A model generated the notes under the pieces. That model was not told the origin of the DNA, ran no database searches, and saw only the letters and a program-made list of their open reading frames with translations. From an uncultured Chloroflexia bacterium (GTDB lineage Bacteria; Chloroflexota; Anaerolineae; JAAYZQ01), in NCBI GenBank assembly GCA_963700285.1, contig CAVOXA010000010.1:1120001-1184000 (forward strand): a stretch of DNA of 64,000 nt, given 5' to 3'. Shown piece after piece: positions 18,799 through 28,982 of this stretch (the stretch's first letter is position 1; each line of letters begins with the position of its first letter). The position numbers and the translations under genes are program-made.

Positions 18799-21700
18799 CT
18801 ACAGCGGCTCGATCCTCTCCACCAGAATGGTGGCGTCGCCTGCACGGTCTACTTGTACGCGACCCTGGGCCAAGTAAGGCCCCAGTTTCCCCAAGGAGCC
18901 AGGTAGCAGGCCTTTGCCGTCAGGCAACCGCAGACGAAAGACACCTGCTTCATCTTGCAGGCTCAGATGTCCGCGTCGCTCGCCCCAATAACGTAGGCGC
19001 GCTCCAGCAACCATCACTCGCCTGCCCGCGTTTTCAACCAAACAATCGCTGGTGACCAAGCCCCGGGCGGCCAGCGCCTCGGCAAAAGGGGCCAGAGAGT
19101 GGGCACTCACTGGCCAGCCAAGCATTTCTACCTCGAGCGCCAACTTTTCAGCCAGCGTGAATTCCTCCTCAGGCGCCTTGGCCCAGGGCAGTGCCAACTG
19201 AAGGGGGGCGCCCGTCGCCCGTCCCTCCAGCTCGGAGAGCAATGCCTTCCGGCCTGCACCCAGCCCGTCCAATGCACCCACTTTGACCAGGTTCTCGGCC
19301 TCTGCCCTGCGGGGCTTGGCCCGCAGCAACAGGTCCTCCAAAGATCCAAAGGGTCGCCTTTGCCTGGCCTTGAGAATGGCAGAGATCGTTTTTCGCGTTA
19401 GTTCGCGCACCTGCCCCAAACCCATCCACAACAGCGCGCGACCTTCTGGTTCGTGGTCCAGAGCGAACCGCGGCTGGCTGTGATTGATGTGCGGTGGGCG
19501 CAGCTCCAGGCCCATCCGCCGGGCCTCTTCCAGGTAGACATGCTGCGGATAGTAGCCACCCCAGTTGCCCAGTACCGCCGTCATAAACTCGGCGGGGTAG
19601 TGCGCCTTCAGGTAGGCGGTCTGATAGGCTATCGTCGCGTAGCTGGCCGCATGGGCCTTTAGGAATCCATAGCCAGCAAAACTGGCCATCAACTCCCACA
19701 GCCGCCCCGCCACGTCTGGAGGCACCTGGCTGACTTGCCCGACTCTCTGGATGAACTCCTCACGCAGGGGCATCATCTCTTCGCCGTGGCCCAGGTGGGC
19801 GATGGCCCGCCGCAGCCGGTCGGCTTCCCCCAGGCTGAACCCGGCCAGATCGTGGGCGATGCGCAGTACCTGCTCCTGATAGAGTACCACACCGTGGGTA
19901 CTCTCCAGCACCGGCTTCAGGGCGGGATGCAGATAGTGCACCGCCTCCTGTCCCCGGTGGCGGCGTACGAAGGCGTCTTTGAGCCCACCACGCAGTGGAC
20001 CCGGCTTAAAGAGGGCCATGGCCACCGCCAAATCCTCCAGGCAGTGCGCGCCCAACTCGAGCAGGGTACGCCGCATGCCAGGGGATTCCACCTGGAAGCA
20101 GCCGATGGTCTCCGCTCGGGCCAGCAGGTCCCCAGTGGATGGATCACTGCTTGGGATGCTCTCTCGCGAAAAACCCGGCTGGTTGCGTTGGACTAGGCCT
20201 ATGCTCTCGGCGACGACCGTGAGGGCCCGAATGCCCAGCAGATCGATCTTGACCAGGCCCAGGCGCTCAATACTGTGCAGGTCGTATTGGGTGATAATGA
20301 CCCCTTTTGTCGCCAATTGCAGCGGCGCCAGTTCGGTGAGGGGGCGTGGGGCGATGACCACCCCACCTGGATGCAGCGACAAGTGGCGTGGGTGGCCGTC
20401 CAGCGCCCACGCGGCTGCCAGGGCCTCTCGCTCGCGGTCGTCTCGGGCGGCTGCCAGCAGCCGCTCCTGGGCTGCCACAACCTCTGGCCCCATGCCAGGA
20501 TGCCAGAAACGAGGGATCTCTTTCGCCACGGCATCTGTCCGCCTCTGGGGCAGCCGGTAGGCCTTTGCAACCTCGCGCCAGGCTGAACGAGCCCTCAGAC
20601 GGGCATAGGTACAGATGGTCGCTACCCGATCCTGGCCGTAGCGTCGATAGACGTACTGGATCACCTCGTCGCGGCGGCGCGAGCATAGATCCAGGTCGAT
20701 GTCGGGCGGGTCGCGGCGTTCAGGGTTTAGGAATCGCTCAAACTCCAGGCCCAGGGCGAGGGGATCGACCGCCGAGGCGCCCAGACAATAGATCACCAGA
20801 CTTCCGGCCGCCGAGCCCCGCAGATTGATGGGTACACCCTGAGCATGGGCATAGCGCACGATGTCGGCGACGATGAGAAATAGCGGCGTGTAGCCCGCGC
20901 CATCGATAATGGCAATCTCGTGCTCCAGCCGGCCTCGCACAGCCTCGGTCACAGCCCCATAGTGTTTCTCAGCGCCGGCCAGCGACTGAACGCGGAGTTC
21001 TTCCAAGGGGGTCTGGCCGGCGGATAGTGCGATCAGCGGGAATACAGGACGGCCCAGGGGCAGCTCTAGCCGGCAGCGCTCGGCGATAGCCACTGTGTTG
21101 GCCAATGCCTCTGGAAACTGATCAAATGCCGCCTGCATCTTCTCCGGATGGGTCAGATGGAGTCCAGGTCGGGGCGGCGTCCCATCCAGGGGCTGTAGCG
21201 AGCCAATGGCATTGAGCAGTCGGCACTGATCCTCGTCGCCGGGAGTCAGATAGTGGACGTTGTTGGTGGCGATGGTCCTCACCCCCAACCGCCTGGCCAG
21301 ATCGGCCATTCTTGCTGCGAATCTGGAATCGCCGGGGGCCTGGATCTGCAGCTCGACGAAAAAGCTGTCCCGGCCAAACTGCTCAAGCCATGCGGTGGCC
21401 ATCGCTTCCGCCTCGCGAACGCGCCCTGTTCGCATCAGATGAGCCAACCTACCGTGTTTTCCACCGGCGACCGCGACGAGTCCCTCAGTCATGCCCTCTA
21501 ACTCGCTGGCGAGCAGGCCACGCTGCACTGCTACTTCACGATCTGGCCGGGTTTGCAGAGCGCTGGACAGGCGGCAGAGGTTAGCATAGCCTGGCAGATC
21601 CTGGGCCAGCAGTACGAGGCTCGCCCCCGGGCCCGTGGCCAGATCTGCTTCCCGGTGCTTTCGGGCCGGCCCATCAAAGTCCATAGCCAAAGGGACATTG

Positions 21701-21930
21701 GACGATTCCTGGTCCGGCGCCACCGTCAACTCCAGGCCAATGATGGGCCGTATTCCCACCTCTTGGCAGGCGTCGTAGAACTCGATGGCGCCATACAGCG
21801 CGTTATGGTCGGTAAGGGCCAGGGCGGAATAGCCTGCTTTGGCCGCAGCCTGGGCCAACTCTGCCGGGCTGGGACAGCCATCCAACAAGCTATAGTAGGA
21901 ATGCGCGTGCAGATGAACGAAGGTACTCAA
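18799..21930 (-). CDS. dnaE: DNA polymerase III alpha-family protein, short DnaE2-like copy
   Basis: PHP domain (HLHAHSYYSLLDG, TDH), RGSAAGS, FERFLNPER, PPDIDLD, KIDLLG, YQEQV, YGFLKAHA. 1043 aa with a short C-terminus. Confidence 0.9.
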   Translation of the reverse strand: MSTFVHLHAHSYYSLLDGCPSPAELAQAAAKAGYSALALTDHNALYGAIEFYDACQEVGIRPIIGLELTVAPDQESSNVPLAMDFDGPARKHREADLATGPGASLVLLAQDLPGYANLCRLSSALQTRPDREVAVQRGLLASELEGMTEGLVAVAGGKHGRLAHLMRTGRVREAEAMATAWLEQFGRDSFFVELQIQAPGDSRFAARMADLARRLGVRTIATNNVHYLTPGDEDQCRLLNAIGSLQPLDGTPPRPGLHLTHPEKMQAAFDQFPEALANTVAIAERCRLELPLGRPVFPLIALSAGQTPLEELRVQSLAGAEKHYGAVTEAVRGRLEHEIAIIDGAGYTPLFLIVADIVRYAHAQGVPINLRGSAAGSLVIYCLGASAVDPLALGLEFERFLNPERRDPPDIDLDLCSRRRDEVIQYVYRRYGQDRVATICTYARLRARSAWREVAKAYRLPQRRTDAVAKEIPRFWHPGMGPEVVAAQERLLAAARDDREREALAAAWALDGHPRHLSLHPGGVVIAPRPLTELAPLQLATKGVIITQYDLHSIERLGLVKIDLLGIRALTVVAESIGLVQRNQPGFSRESIPSSDPSTGDLLARAETIGCFQVESPGMRRTLLELGAHCLEDLAVAMALFKPGPLRGGLKDAFVRRHRGQEAVHYLHPALKPVLESTHGVVLYQEQVLRIAHDLAGFSLGEADRLRRAIAHLGHGEEMMPLREEFIQRVGQVSQVPPDVAGRLWELMASFAGYGFLKAHAASYATIAYQTAYLKAHYPAEFMTAVLGNWGGYYPQHVYLEEARRMGLELRPPHINHSQPRFALDHEPEGRALLWMGLGQVRELTRKTISAILKARQRRPFGSLEDLLLRAKPRRAEAENLVKVGALDGLGAGRKALLSELEGRATGAPLQLALPWAKAPEEEFTLAEKLALEVEMLGWPVSAHSLAPFAEALAARGLVTSDCLVENAGRRVMVAGARLRYWGERRGHLSLQDEAGVFRLRLPDGKGLLPGSLGKLGPYLAQGRVQVDRAGDATILVERIEPL

Positions 21931-22211
21931 AGGAGTTCAATCTGATATTCCAGCAGTTCGATGTCAGGACGGTTGGTCTCGATCCACTGCACCACCCGCT
22001 CCAACAGGCCGTGGGCATAGCTGGCGCTGCTGGAGACGCAGGCCACGCCCAACACCGCCCGCTGCCAGATATTCTGGGCATCGACTTCGGCGATGGAGAC
22101 GTTGTATTCGCGACCGATGCGGGTGACGATTGATTTGATAACCCTGCGTTTGCCTTTCAGCGAACCGTTGCCCGGCAACCGCAGTTCGATGGTACAGACG
22201 CCGATGTGCAT
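21927..22211 (-). CDS. DUF503 (YlxP-like) protein
   Basis: SLKGKRRVIKSI...NVSIAEVD...WQRAVLG; its stop overlaps the dnaE TTG start. Confidence 0.85.
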   Translation of the reverse strand: MHIGVCTIELRLPGNGSLKGKRRVIKSIVTRIGREYNVSIAEVDAQNIWQRAVLGVACVSSSASYAHGLLERVVQWIETNRPDIELLEYQIELL

Positions 22212-22318
22212 GGTCGTTACTCCTCACTGGGATGCGACCATTGTACCACAGACCGGCGGTAGACAGCAACCCCACCCCGTGGGTCCATGTTGATTCTCGC
22301 TCGCCGGAGGTGTTGTGA

Positions 22319-23143
22319 TCAGGTGTGTTGCGTCCAATCGGGCGCCGCATAACGGCTACGCCTCAGATCGGTGGCCAGGTCTTGCTCGTGCGTGGTCAGC
22401 TTCCCCGGGACCAGTTCCAGATCAAGCGCCTGCGAGAAGCCATCGGCAAGGGCAGATGCGGTCCGCGCGAATGGCACAGGTTGCCCAAGTGATGCTTCCA
22501 GCGTGGTTGCCCGGGTACGAAGGGTCTGCCGCTGCGCCTCACGCTCAGTACCTGGCAGTGCAAGGTAGCTGATGATACGGGTGATATCGCCGCAAAGGGG
22601 CAGGGTTCCGTGCTGCAGTACTCCGCCGCGTGCTCGCCATTGCGCGCTGCCAACCAGCTTGAGTCCCTGTACTGTGATCTCATAGTCGGACGGCGTTTCG
22701 AAACAAACGGCCGAAAGATCCTCAGTTGGCTTGCGTGCGCCCGCCGTCTGTATGGCCTGGACCCCCAACCGTCGCAGTCCAGCCAGCAGCCCCTCGCTCA
22801 ACCTGCGGTAGCTTTCCAAGATTCCGCCTGCCGCGAGCGGATCCGTTTGCAGCAAAGCCACGGAGTAGGTCAGCTCATCCGTGTGGAGGATAGCCCGGCC
22901 CCCGCTGGGACGGCGTACCACGTCTACGGCGGCGGTCTGGCAGGCTGCCAGGTCCACGTCGGCAAAGGGCTGGCCGCGGCCCAGGCTCAGACAGGGGGGC
23001 GACCAGCCATAGAATCTCAGAGTAGGCGGGCTGGCGCCCTCCAAAACGTTGGTCACAACAGCCTCGTCAATGGCCATGTTGGTCGCGCCATCGGCTTGGC
23101 CACCCATGATGAGCCGCCAGGTGCTAGGGGAATAGAATGGCAT
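22319..23143 (-). CDS. Lipoate-protein ligase / octanoyltransferase (LipM-like)
   Basis: NMAIDEA, LRFYGW, VVRRPSGGRAILH, KLVGSAQ, LQHG. Confidence 0.88.
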   Translation of the reverse strand: MPFYSPSTWRLIMGGQADGATNMAIDEAVVTNVLEGASPPTLRFYGWSPPCLSLGRGQPFADVDLAACQTAAVDVVRRPSGGRAILHTDELTYSVALLQTDPLAAGGILESYRRLSEGLLAGLRRLGVQAIQTAGARKPTEDLSAVCFETPSDYEITVQGLKLVGSAQWRARGGVLQHGTLPLCGDITRIISYLALPGTEREAQRQTLRTRATTLEASLGQPVPFARTASALADGFSQALDLELVPGKLTTHEQDLATDLRRSRYAAPDWTQHT

Positions 23144-23146
23144 GTC

Positions 23147-26023
23147 TCAAGATCCTGGGCCACCCTCCATGGCCAACCATCGCTTTGCCGCGCCAGGCAA
23201 GTTGGCCAGGGAGTTGCGTACTCGGGTACACTCGGGCAGGGAGTCGAGGAACATGGGCCCATAGGACTTGGTCAGCACCCGTTTGTCGAGAATGACGACG
23301 GCGCCGCGATCAGTCTTGGTCCGGATCAATCGCCCAAAGCCCTGACGAAAGCGCAAGATCGTCTCCGGGATCGCATACTCGGCAAAGGGGTTGTCGAATG
23401 TCTCGGCTCGGGCGGCAAAAACGGGGTCATCGGGTACGGAGAAGGGCAACCGGGCAATAACCAACACGCTCAGCGCCGGTCCCACTACGTCCACCCCCTC
23501 CCAGAAACTGCGGGTACCCAGCAGCACTGACCTGGGGGTGGTACGAAAGTTCTCCAGCAATTGGGCACGAGAAGAACCCCCACCCTGCTGGTAGACGGAT
23601 ATACCTTCGTCGACCAGAGGGCGGGTGATAGCCCGGCTGGTACCTCGCAATTGATAGTAAGAGGTAAAGAGCACCAGCGTCCGGCCCTGCGTGGCACGGC
23701 ACAGAGCGATCAGTGTCTGCTCTACTGTCTTCTGATAGTGTGATTGGTTGGGCTCTGGAATATCCGTTGGCAGGTAAAGCAGGGTCGAATTCTTGAAATC
23801 AAATGGAGAGCCAACCGCCAATTCATCAGCTTCCCAGGCGTTGAGCCGCTCGCGGATATAGTCAAAGCTGTTGTCCGTGGTGAGTGTGGCCGAGGTTAGG
23901 ATGACGGACTTTTTGGCGTGGAACAGGTACTTTTGAACCAGCGGGCCCACGTGGAGCGGCGCAGCGTGGAGGACAACGTGCTCGTCTCTGGCCGAAACGC
24001 TGGCCCAGTAGATCTCGGCTGCCGAGGGTTCGGCAATGCAGGCATTGAACTGATTCAGCATCTCTTGAAGGCGGCTGAGATAACCCACACAGTCCTGCAC
24101 CGTCCCCTCTAGGTCGGGGATATCATAGCCTTCCAGGTCATCTAGCGTGCCGCACAGTTGCTCCAGGGCATCAATGATGGGCTGCAGTTGTGCCGCCAGG
24201 TCGTCCCATATGATCTCTACGTCGCTCCAGGCGGGCTGGACACGCAGGGCGCTGTTCAGACGCAGACGCTGATCATAGTCGCCGCGCTGGGGGCTGTGCT
24301 CCCGCAAAAAATCACCCAACACGCCAAAGAAAGCATACAGGTTGTTCAACGATGCCTCAACCTGCTGTTGGAGCCGGCGGATGTGACCCTCCATTGCAGC
24401 ATATTCTTGGGGCGCAACGACCCCGCGGCAGCGAGTCAGTACCTCGCCCAGGAACCCGGTGTAGCGCCGGACCCCGACCGGATGGGCCAGCTCATTGAGG
24501 AGCCGCTCCACGGCTCGCTGGTCAGCCCGGAAGCTGAGCTGCCGGGTGACGCTATCCTCAAGGTGGTGCGCCTCGTCCACGATCAAGTAGCGGTACTCGG
24601 GCAGGACACGGTTCTCCACGGCCACGTCAGAGAGGAGCAGGGCGTGGTTGACGATGATGATGTGGGCTCGCTCCGCCGCACGCCGGGCCCGGTAAAAGAA
24701 GCAATGGCCTCGCTCTCGAAAACGGCAGCGCTCCATCGTACAGGTCTCACTCTCAGCCGAGATTCTGCCCCACAGAGCTTGCTCGATAGGGCTGGGCATA
24801 AACAGCTCGCCCCGCTCACCAGTCTGGGTACTGGGGACCCAGACCAATACCTTGGCCAGCATACGCATCTCGTCTCGGGAGCTAACGCCCGCCTTGCGCA
24901 GTCCAGCCAGTCGCCTCTGGCACAGGTAGTTGCTCCGTCCCTTGAGCACCGCTGCACGGAAGTCTAGGTCCATCAGTTTTTGAAGGTCCGGAGTATCCTT
25001 GAGGAAAAGCTGGTCCTGCAGGTTGATGGTATTGGTCGAAATAACCACCCGCTCGTTGTTGAGGTGGGCAAAGGCTATGGCGGGCAACAGGTAGGCAACG
25101 CTCTTGCCCGTACCGGTGCCGGCTTCCACCATCAGATGCTCGCGCTCATTAAAGGCCGTGGTCACGGCGCGCAGCATCTCCACCTGCTGGGACCGGTGCT
25201 CGAAACCGGGAAAGCGCTGGGCAAACAGGCCGCCCTCTTCCAACGTGGCCGCGAGTTGGTCCACATCCACGGCACGGGGCCTGGCGGCAGGGATCAGTTC
25301 CTCTTCATCTTCTTGTACAGTCGCAAAGAGAGGTCCCAGTACCTCGTCGGTCGCATCGAGCTGGGCGGCCAGTTGCTGGCCGATAGCGCCCCGGAAGGTA
25401 GTCTGGGCCTGGGCACGCTCAATGTCGCGGAACACCCCGCCCAGCGCCCAGTCGATGCCATCTGCCAGGCGATTGATCTCTCGAAGCGTACTTCTGGGGA
25501 GTTGGGAGGCAAGTTCCAGAAGCGCCACAAAGAGGTCCTTCGCCGCGGCAGCATCATCAAGGGCGCGGTGGGATGAGGGGTTGGGCGGCAGACCCAGTGC
25601 CTCGCTTAGCTTGCCAAGACTGTAGCGGGCTGCGTGAGGCATCAGGATCCCGGCCAGTTCAAAGGTATCGAGTGCTGGGTTCGGCAGAGGCAAGTCGTGG
25701 CTGCGCAGAAAATCCAGGTCAAAGCTCACGCTGTGACCGACTATGGGATAGCTGCCAACAAAGCGGCGTATCAGGTTCAACACCTGCGAGAAGCGAGGAG
25801 CGTGGTCCACCTCTTCCTGAGTGATGCCGGTCAATTGCTGGATCTGGATGGGGATGGGCCGGCCTGGATTGACAGGGCTGCGCCATTCATCCAGCACCTG
25901 GGACTGGATGGTACCATCGCGGAAAGAGGCGCGGAAACGAATGGCGCCGACCTCCATGATGGCGTCGCGTTTGGGGTCGAGGCCCGTGGTTTCCAGATCC
26001 AGGGCCACGTAGGTTTGATCCAT
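23147..26023 (-). CDS. dinG: DinG family helicase with N-terminal DEDDh 3'-5' exonuclease
   Basis: ALDLETTGL, HRALDDA, EAGTGTGKS, KGRSNYLC, DEAHH, FWEGVD, QGFGRLIR. Confidence 0.92.
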   Translation of the reverse strand: MDQTYVALDLETTGLDPKRDAIMEVGAIRFRASFRDGTIQSQVLDEWRSPVNPGRPIPIQIQQLTGITQEEVDHAPRFSQVLNLIRRFVGSYPIVGHSVSFDLDFLRSHDLPLPNPALDTFELAGILMPHAARYSLGKLSEALGLPPNPSSHRALDDAAAAKDLFVALLELASQLPRSTLREINRLADGIDWALGGVFRDIERAQAQTTFRGAIGQQLAAQLDATDEVLGPLFATVQEDEEELIPAARPRAVDVDQLAATLEEGGLFAQRFPGFEHRSQQVEMLRAVTTAFNEREHLMVEAGTGTGKSVAYLLPAIAFAHLNNERVVISTNTINLQDQLFLKDTPDLQKLMDLDFRAAVLKGRSNYLCQRRLAGLRKAGVSSRDEMRMLAKVLVWVPSTQTGERGELFMPSPIEQALWGRISAESETCTMERCRFRERGHCFFYRARRAAERAHIIIVNHALLLSDVAVENRVLPEYRYLIVDEAHHLEDSVTRQLSFRADQRAVERLLNELAHPVGVRRYTGFLGEVLTRCRGVVAPQEYAAMEGHIRRLQQQVEASLNNLYAFFGVLGDFLREHSPQRGDYDQRLRLNSALRVQPAWSDVEIIWDDLAAQLQPIIDALEQLCGTLDDLEGYDIPDLEGTVQDCVGYLSRLQEMLNQFNACIAEPSAAEIYWASVSARDEHVVLHAAPLHVGPLVQKYLFHAKKSVILTSATLTTDNSFDYIRERLNAWEADELAVGSPFDFKNSTLLYLPTDIPEPNQSHYQKTVEQTLIALCRATQGRTLVLFTSYYQLRGTSRAITRPLVDEGISVYQQGGGSSRAQLLENFRTTPRSVLLGTRSFWEGVDVVGPALSVLVIARLPFSVPDDPVFAARAETFDNPFAEYAIPETILRFRQGFGRLIRTKTDRGAVVILDKRVLTKSYGPMFLDSLPECTRVRNSLANLPGAAKRWLAMEGGPGS

Positions 26024-26090
26024 GGGTCTCCATTCTAGGGGAGAGGGCGGTAGAACCGCCGTGCGGTCTCCTTTTCCTCCCGTCCGGGCG

Positions 26091-26119
26091 ATTATACCTC
26101 AGACCGAGGGAAAGCGCAA
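26091..26119 (-). promoter_or_regulatory. sigma70-type promoter for the dinG-lipM unit
   Basis: Minus strand reads TTGCGC-17 nt-TATAAT. Confidence 0.5.
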
Positions 26120-26191
26120 ACAGCTCATCGCGCCAAAGAAGGCGGTGGCTGGGGTGAATCCAAACGGGCTTCTGAGCACTGGGGGTGAGCC

Positions 26192-27466
26192 CTACACCCT
26201 TTTGATCTGTGCCCCCAGCGCCTGCAGTTTGGTTTCGATCTGCTCGTAGCCCCGGTCGATCTGGCCGATGTTCTGAATGACGCTCTGTCCTTGCGCGCAG
26301 AGCGCAGCAATGAGCAGCGCCATGCCCGCTCGGATGTCCGGGCTGTGCAGTATCTCGCCGTGCAGCGACGATGGCCCTACGACCACGGCGCGATGGGGGT
26401 CGCAGAGGATGACGCGTGCGCCCATGGCGATCAGACGATCCACGTAGTAGAGCCGGCTATCGAACATCTTTTCGTGGATCAGCACGGTTCCTCGCGCCTG
26501 AGTAGCTACAACCAGGGCAATGCTCATCAGGTCGGTAGGGAATCCGGGCCAGGGTGCGTCATCGATCTTGGGTACTGCGCCACCCAGGTCATCCACAATG
26601 GTCAGCGGCTGCGACCCTGGCACAAAGATGTTCTCACCTTGCACGAAAAAGTGTACCCCCAACCGCTCAAACACCATACGGATCATGCCCAGGTGCTGCG
26701 GCGCCGCGTTCTCGATGAGGATCTCGCCACCCGTTACCGCGGCCAGGCCGATAAAGCTGCCGACCTCCATGAAATCGGGGCCGATGGTACACTCGCCGCC
26801 CTCCAGACGATCTCGGCCCTGGATATGGAGCACGTTGGAACCGATGCCCTCGATCTGGGCGCCCAAGCTGTTGAGAAAGTGACACAACTCCTGGACGTGC
26901 GGCTCGGAGGCAGCGTTGCGGATCAACGTCTCGCCCTTGGCCAGACAGGCAGCCATGACAGCGTTCTCTGTACCCGTGACGCTCGTCTCGTCCAGCCAGA
27001 TTCCCGCCCCTTGCAGGTTCGTGGCTTGTAGTTCGAGCTTGTCGTTGTACTTGACCCTCGCCCCCAGGCTCCCCAGGGCCGCGAGGTGTGTATCGATGCG
27101 CCGCCTTCCAATGCGGTCACCGCCCGGCAGCGTGAGCGTGACCTGCCCCATGCGGGCCAACATGGGCCCCAGTAGGGTGAGCGAGCCCCGGATCTCGCTG
27201 AATAGATCGGGATCGGGGCAGGTGGAATATATCTGGCTGGCCTGGATCGTCACAGAGTTATCTCCGTGCCATTCTGCCAAAGCTCCGAGATCCTGGAGCA
27301 ACTTTACCATGGTTCGCACGTCGCCGATGTTCGGCAGATTGTGCAGAGTAACCGGCTTGTCGGTGAGCAGGGTGGCGGCCAAAATTGGTAGGGCCGCATT
27401 CTTGTTGCCGCTGGGCACGACGGCGCCGCTTAGGGGGATTCCTCCCTCAATGATGAATTGCTCCAT
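26192..27466 (-). CDS. murA: UDP-N-acetylglucosamine 1-carboxyvinyltransferase, Asp-type active-site loop
   Basis: [50 protein letters not shown]. Confidence 0.93.
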   Translation of the reverse strand: MEQFIIEGGIPLSGAVVPSGNKNAALPILAATLLTDKPVTLHNLPNIGDVRTMVKLLQDLGALAEWHGDNSVTIQASQIYSTCPDPDLFSEIRGSLTLLGPMLARMGQVTLTLPGGDRIGRRRIDTHLAALGSLGARVKYNDKLELQATNLQGAGIWLDETSVTGTENAVMAACLAKGETLIRNAASEPHVQELCHFLNSLGAQIEGIGSNVLHIQGRDRLEGGECTIGPDFMEVGSFIGLAAVTGGEILIENAAPQHLGMIRMVFERLGVHFFVQGENIFVPGSQPLTIVDDLGGAVPKIDDAPWPGFPTDLMSIALVVATQARGTVLIHEKMFDSRLYYVDRLIAMGARVILCDPHRAVVVGPSSLHGEILHSPDIRAGMALLIAALCAQGQSVIQNIGQIDRGYEQIETKLQALGAQIKRV

Positions 27467-27530
27467 GATGCTCCTCCTGGTATCAAGCCCCGACCATACC
27501 CCTGGAGCTTCCTATGGGTTCCTGGTCATG

Positions 27531-28388
27531 TCAATAAGAATCGCTTGAACTGCCTGTTGTTGGAAATGGCCCGGCAATCACGGTTGGCCCTCTTACCCAT
27601 ATCGGATCGCCAGCATCCACGTCCAATCGTGCCGCCGCGTTCCCATTTCGCACCGCGATCTCCAGATAGCCATCGCTGCCCACGTAGGCCACCAACTCGC
27701 CTGCTTCTACATCGGCAAATGTCCGGCTCAGGCTTCCAATCCGCCCTTTGCCTACCGTGACACAGAATTGGGAATTGGGGACAGCGTATTGAGCGTCGGC
27801 AGCGGGGAGCCGAAAACTGCTCACCAGGTTGCCAAAGTGATCCACGTTGAGGATCTCTCCCTGCCAGGAACCATCCTCTTGTAGCTCGGGCTCAAGAGCG
27901 GGCAGGTCAGCCAGGCCGGCCAAGGGGATCATCTCTCCCATCTCACGGGGGTCGGTGCCACAGGCCAGGTGGGCGGCCGCAGGGGCGAAAATGTCCCGCC
28001 CGTGGAATGTGGCGCTGATCTCAGGTAGGCGAAAGCGCGCTTCCGTGAGGTGGACGGCTGAGGATGCTGGGTCATGGGCCAGAGCCCAACCGAGCACCCC
28101 ATTGTCGGGGGCGACATAGATGGAACGGGCGGTCTGGACGGCAATCGGTCGCCTGGCACTACCTACACCTGGATCCACAACCACCAGGTGCACTGCGTTC
28201 GGCGGAAAGTAGGGCATCGTTTTGCCCAGTATGTAGGCCGCTTGCCGTACGGCCTGGGGGCGGATCTCGTGGGAGACATCCACCAGGGTCGCTTGCGGAC
28301 AGATACCCAGTATAGCGCCCTTCATCACGCCAACATAGCCGTCGGCCTGGCCAAAATCGGTGGTCAAGGTGATGATGGGTCGCGACAT
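27531..28388 (-). CDS. SAM hydroxide adenosyltransferase (DUF62, chlorinase/fluorinase family)
   Basis: ITLTTDFG, VVDPGVGSARR, APDNG, SATFHGRDIF, DHFGN. Confidence 0.88.
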   Translation of the reverse strand: MSRPIITLTTDFGQADGYVGVMKGAILGICPQATLVDVSHEIRPQAVRQAAYILGKTMPYFPPNAVHLVVVDPGVGSARRPIAVQTARSIYVAPDNGVLGWALAHDPASSAVHLTEARFRLPEISATFHGRDIFAPAAAHLACGTDPREMGEMIPLAGLADLPALEPELQEDGSWQGEILNVDHFGNLVSSFRLPAADAQYAVPNSQFCVTVGKGRIGSLSRTFADVEAGELVAYVGSDGYLEIAVRNGNAAARLDVDAGDPIWVRGPTVIAGPFPTTGSSSDSY

Positions 28389-28574
28389 GGGCCACCTCCT
28401 GAGGCTATTGTACCGCAGAGCCGCTGGCTCGTCAAGACGGGCAAGGCCACAATTGGCCCACGTTCAACCCTCCTGCAACTCCTCAGTGGAAAGAACGGTG
28501 CGGCCCTGCTGTTTGGCTGGTCACGGAACCGGTCTCAATGCCTGGGAGCCCTTCCAGCAGTGCGTTTGCCTGGG

Positions 28575-28611
28575 AAAACGAAAACAGGCCCCCGCTTGTG
28601 ACAGGGACCTG
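28575..28611 (-). terminator. Terminator after tRNA-Lys
   Basis: Minus strand CAGGTCCC...GGGGCCTG followed by TTTTCGTTTT. Confidence 0.6.
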
Positions 28612-28618
28612 CCTTAGG

Positions 28619-28691
<73 letters not shown>

Positions 28692-28982
28692 ACAAAGAGT
28701 AAGTCAAACGCCTCGGATGACACCCATGTGAGTAACTGTGATCCAGGTTCTCAGGCGACCGTGAACCTATTGTAATCAGAAAGGGGGGTCCTGGCAAGTT
28801 TTGGACAAAGTGTTGCAGACCAAATGCTGCCGAGCCCGCTCCAATACCAATCTATACCGATTTCAACCTATCCAACTTTCCTTGTTGTTGTGCGTTGCCC
28901 CGAAATGTGATAGAATGCGCCGGTTAGCGCTCGATATGCCAGGGCGCCGCTGCCCGGGGACGCCGCAGCGAAAGGAGACACC

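Noticed and set aside
27531-28388. Fluorinase/chlorinase
   Set aside because: It has the Asp-Arg-His pattern (DPGVGSAR, TFHGRD) of DUF62 SAM hydrolases.
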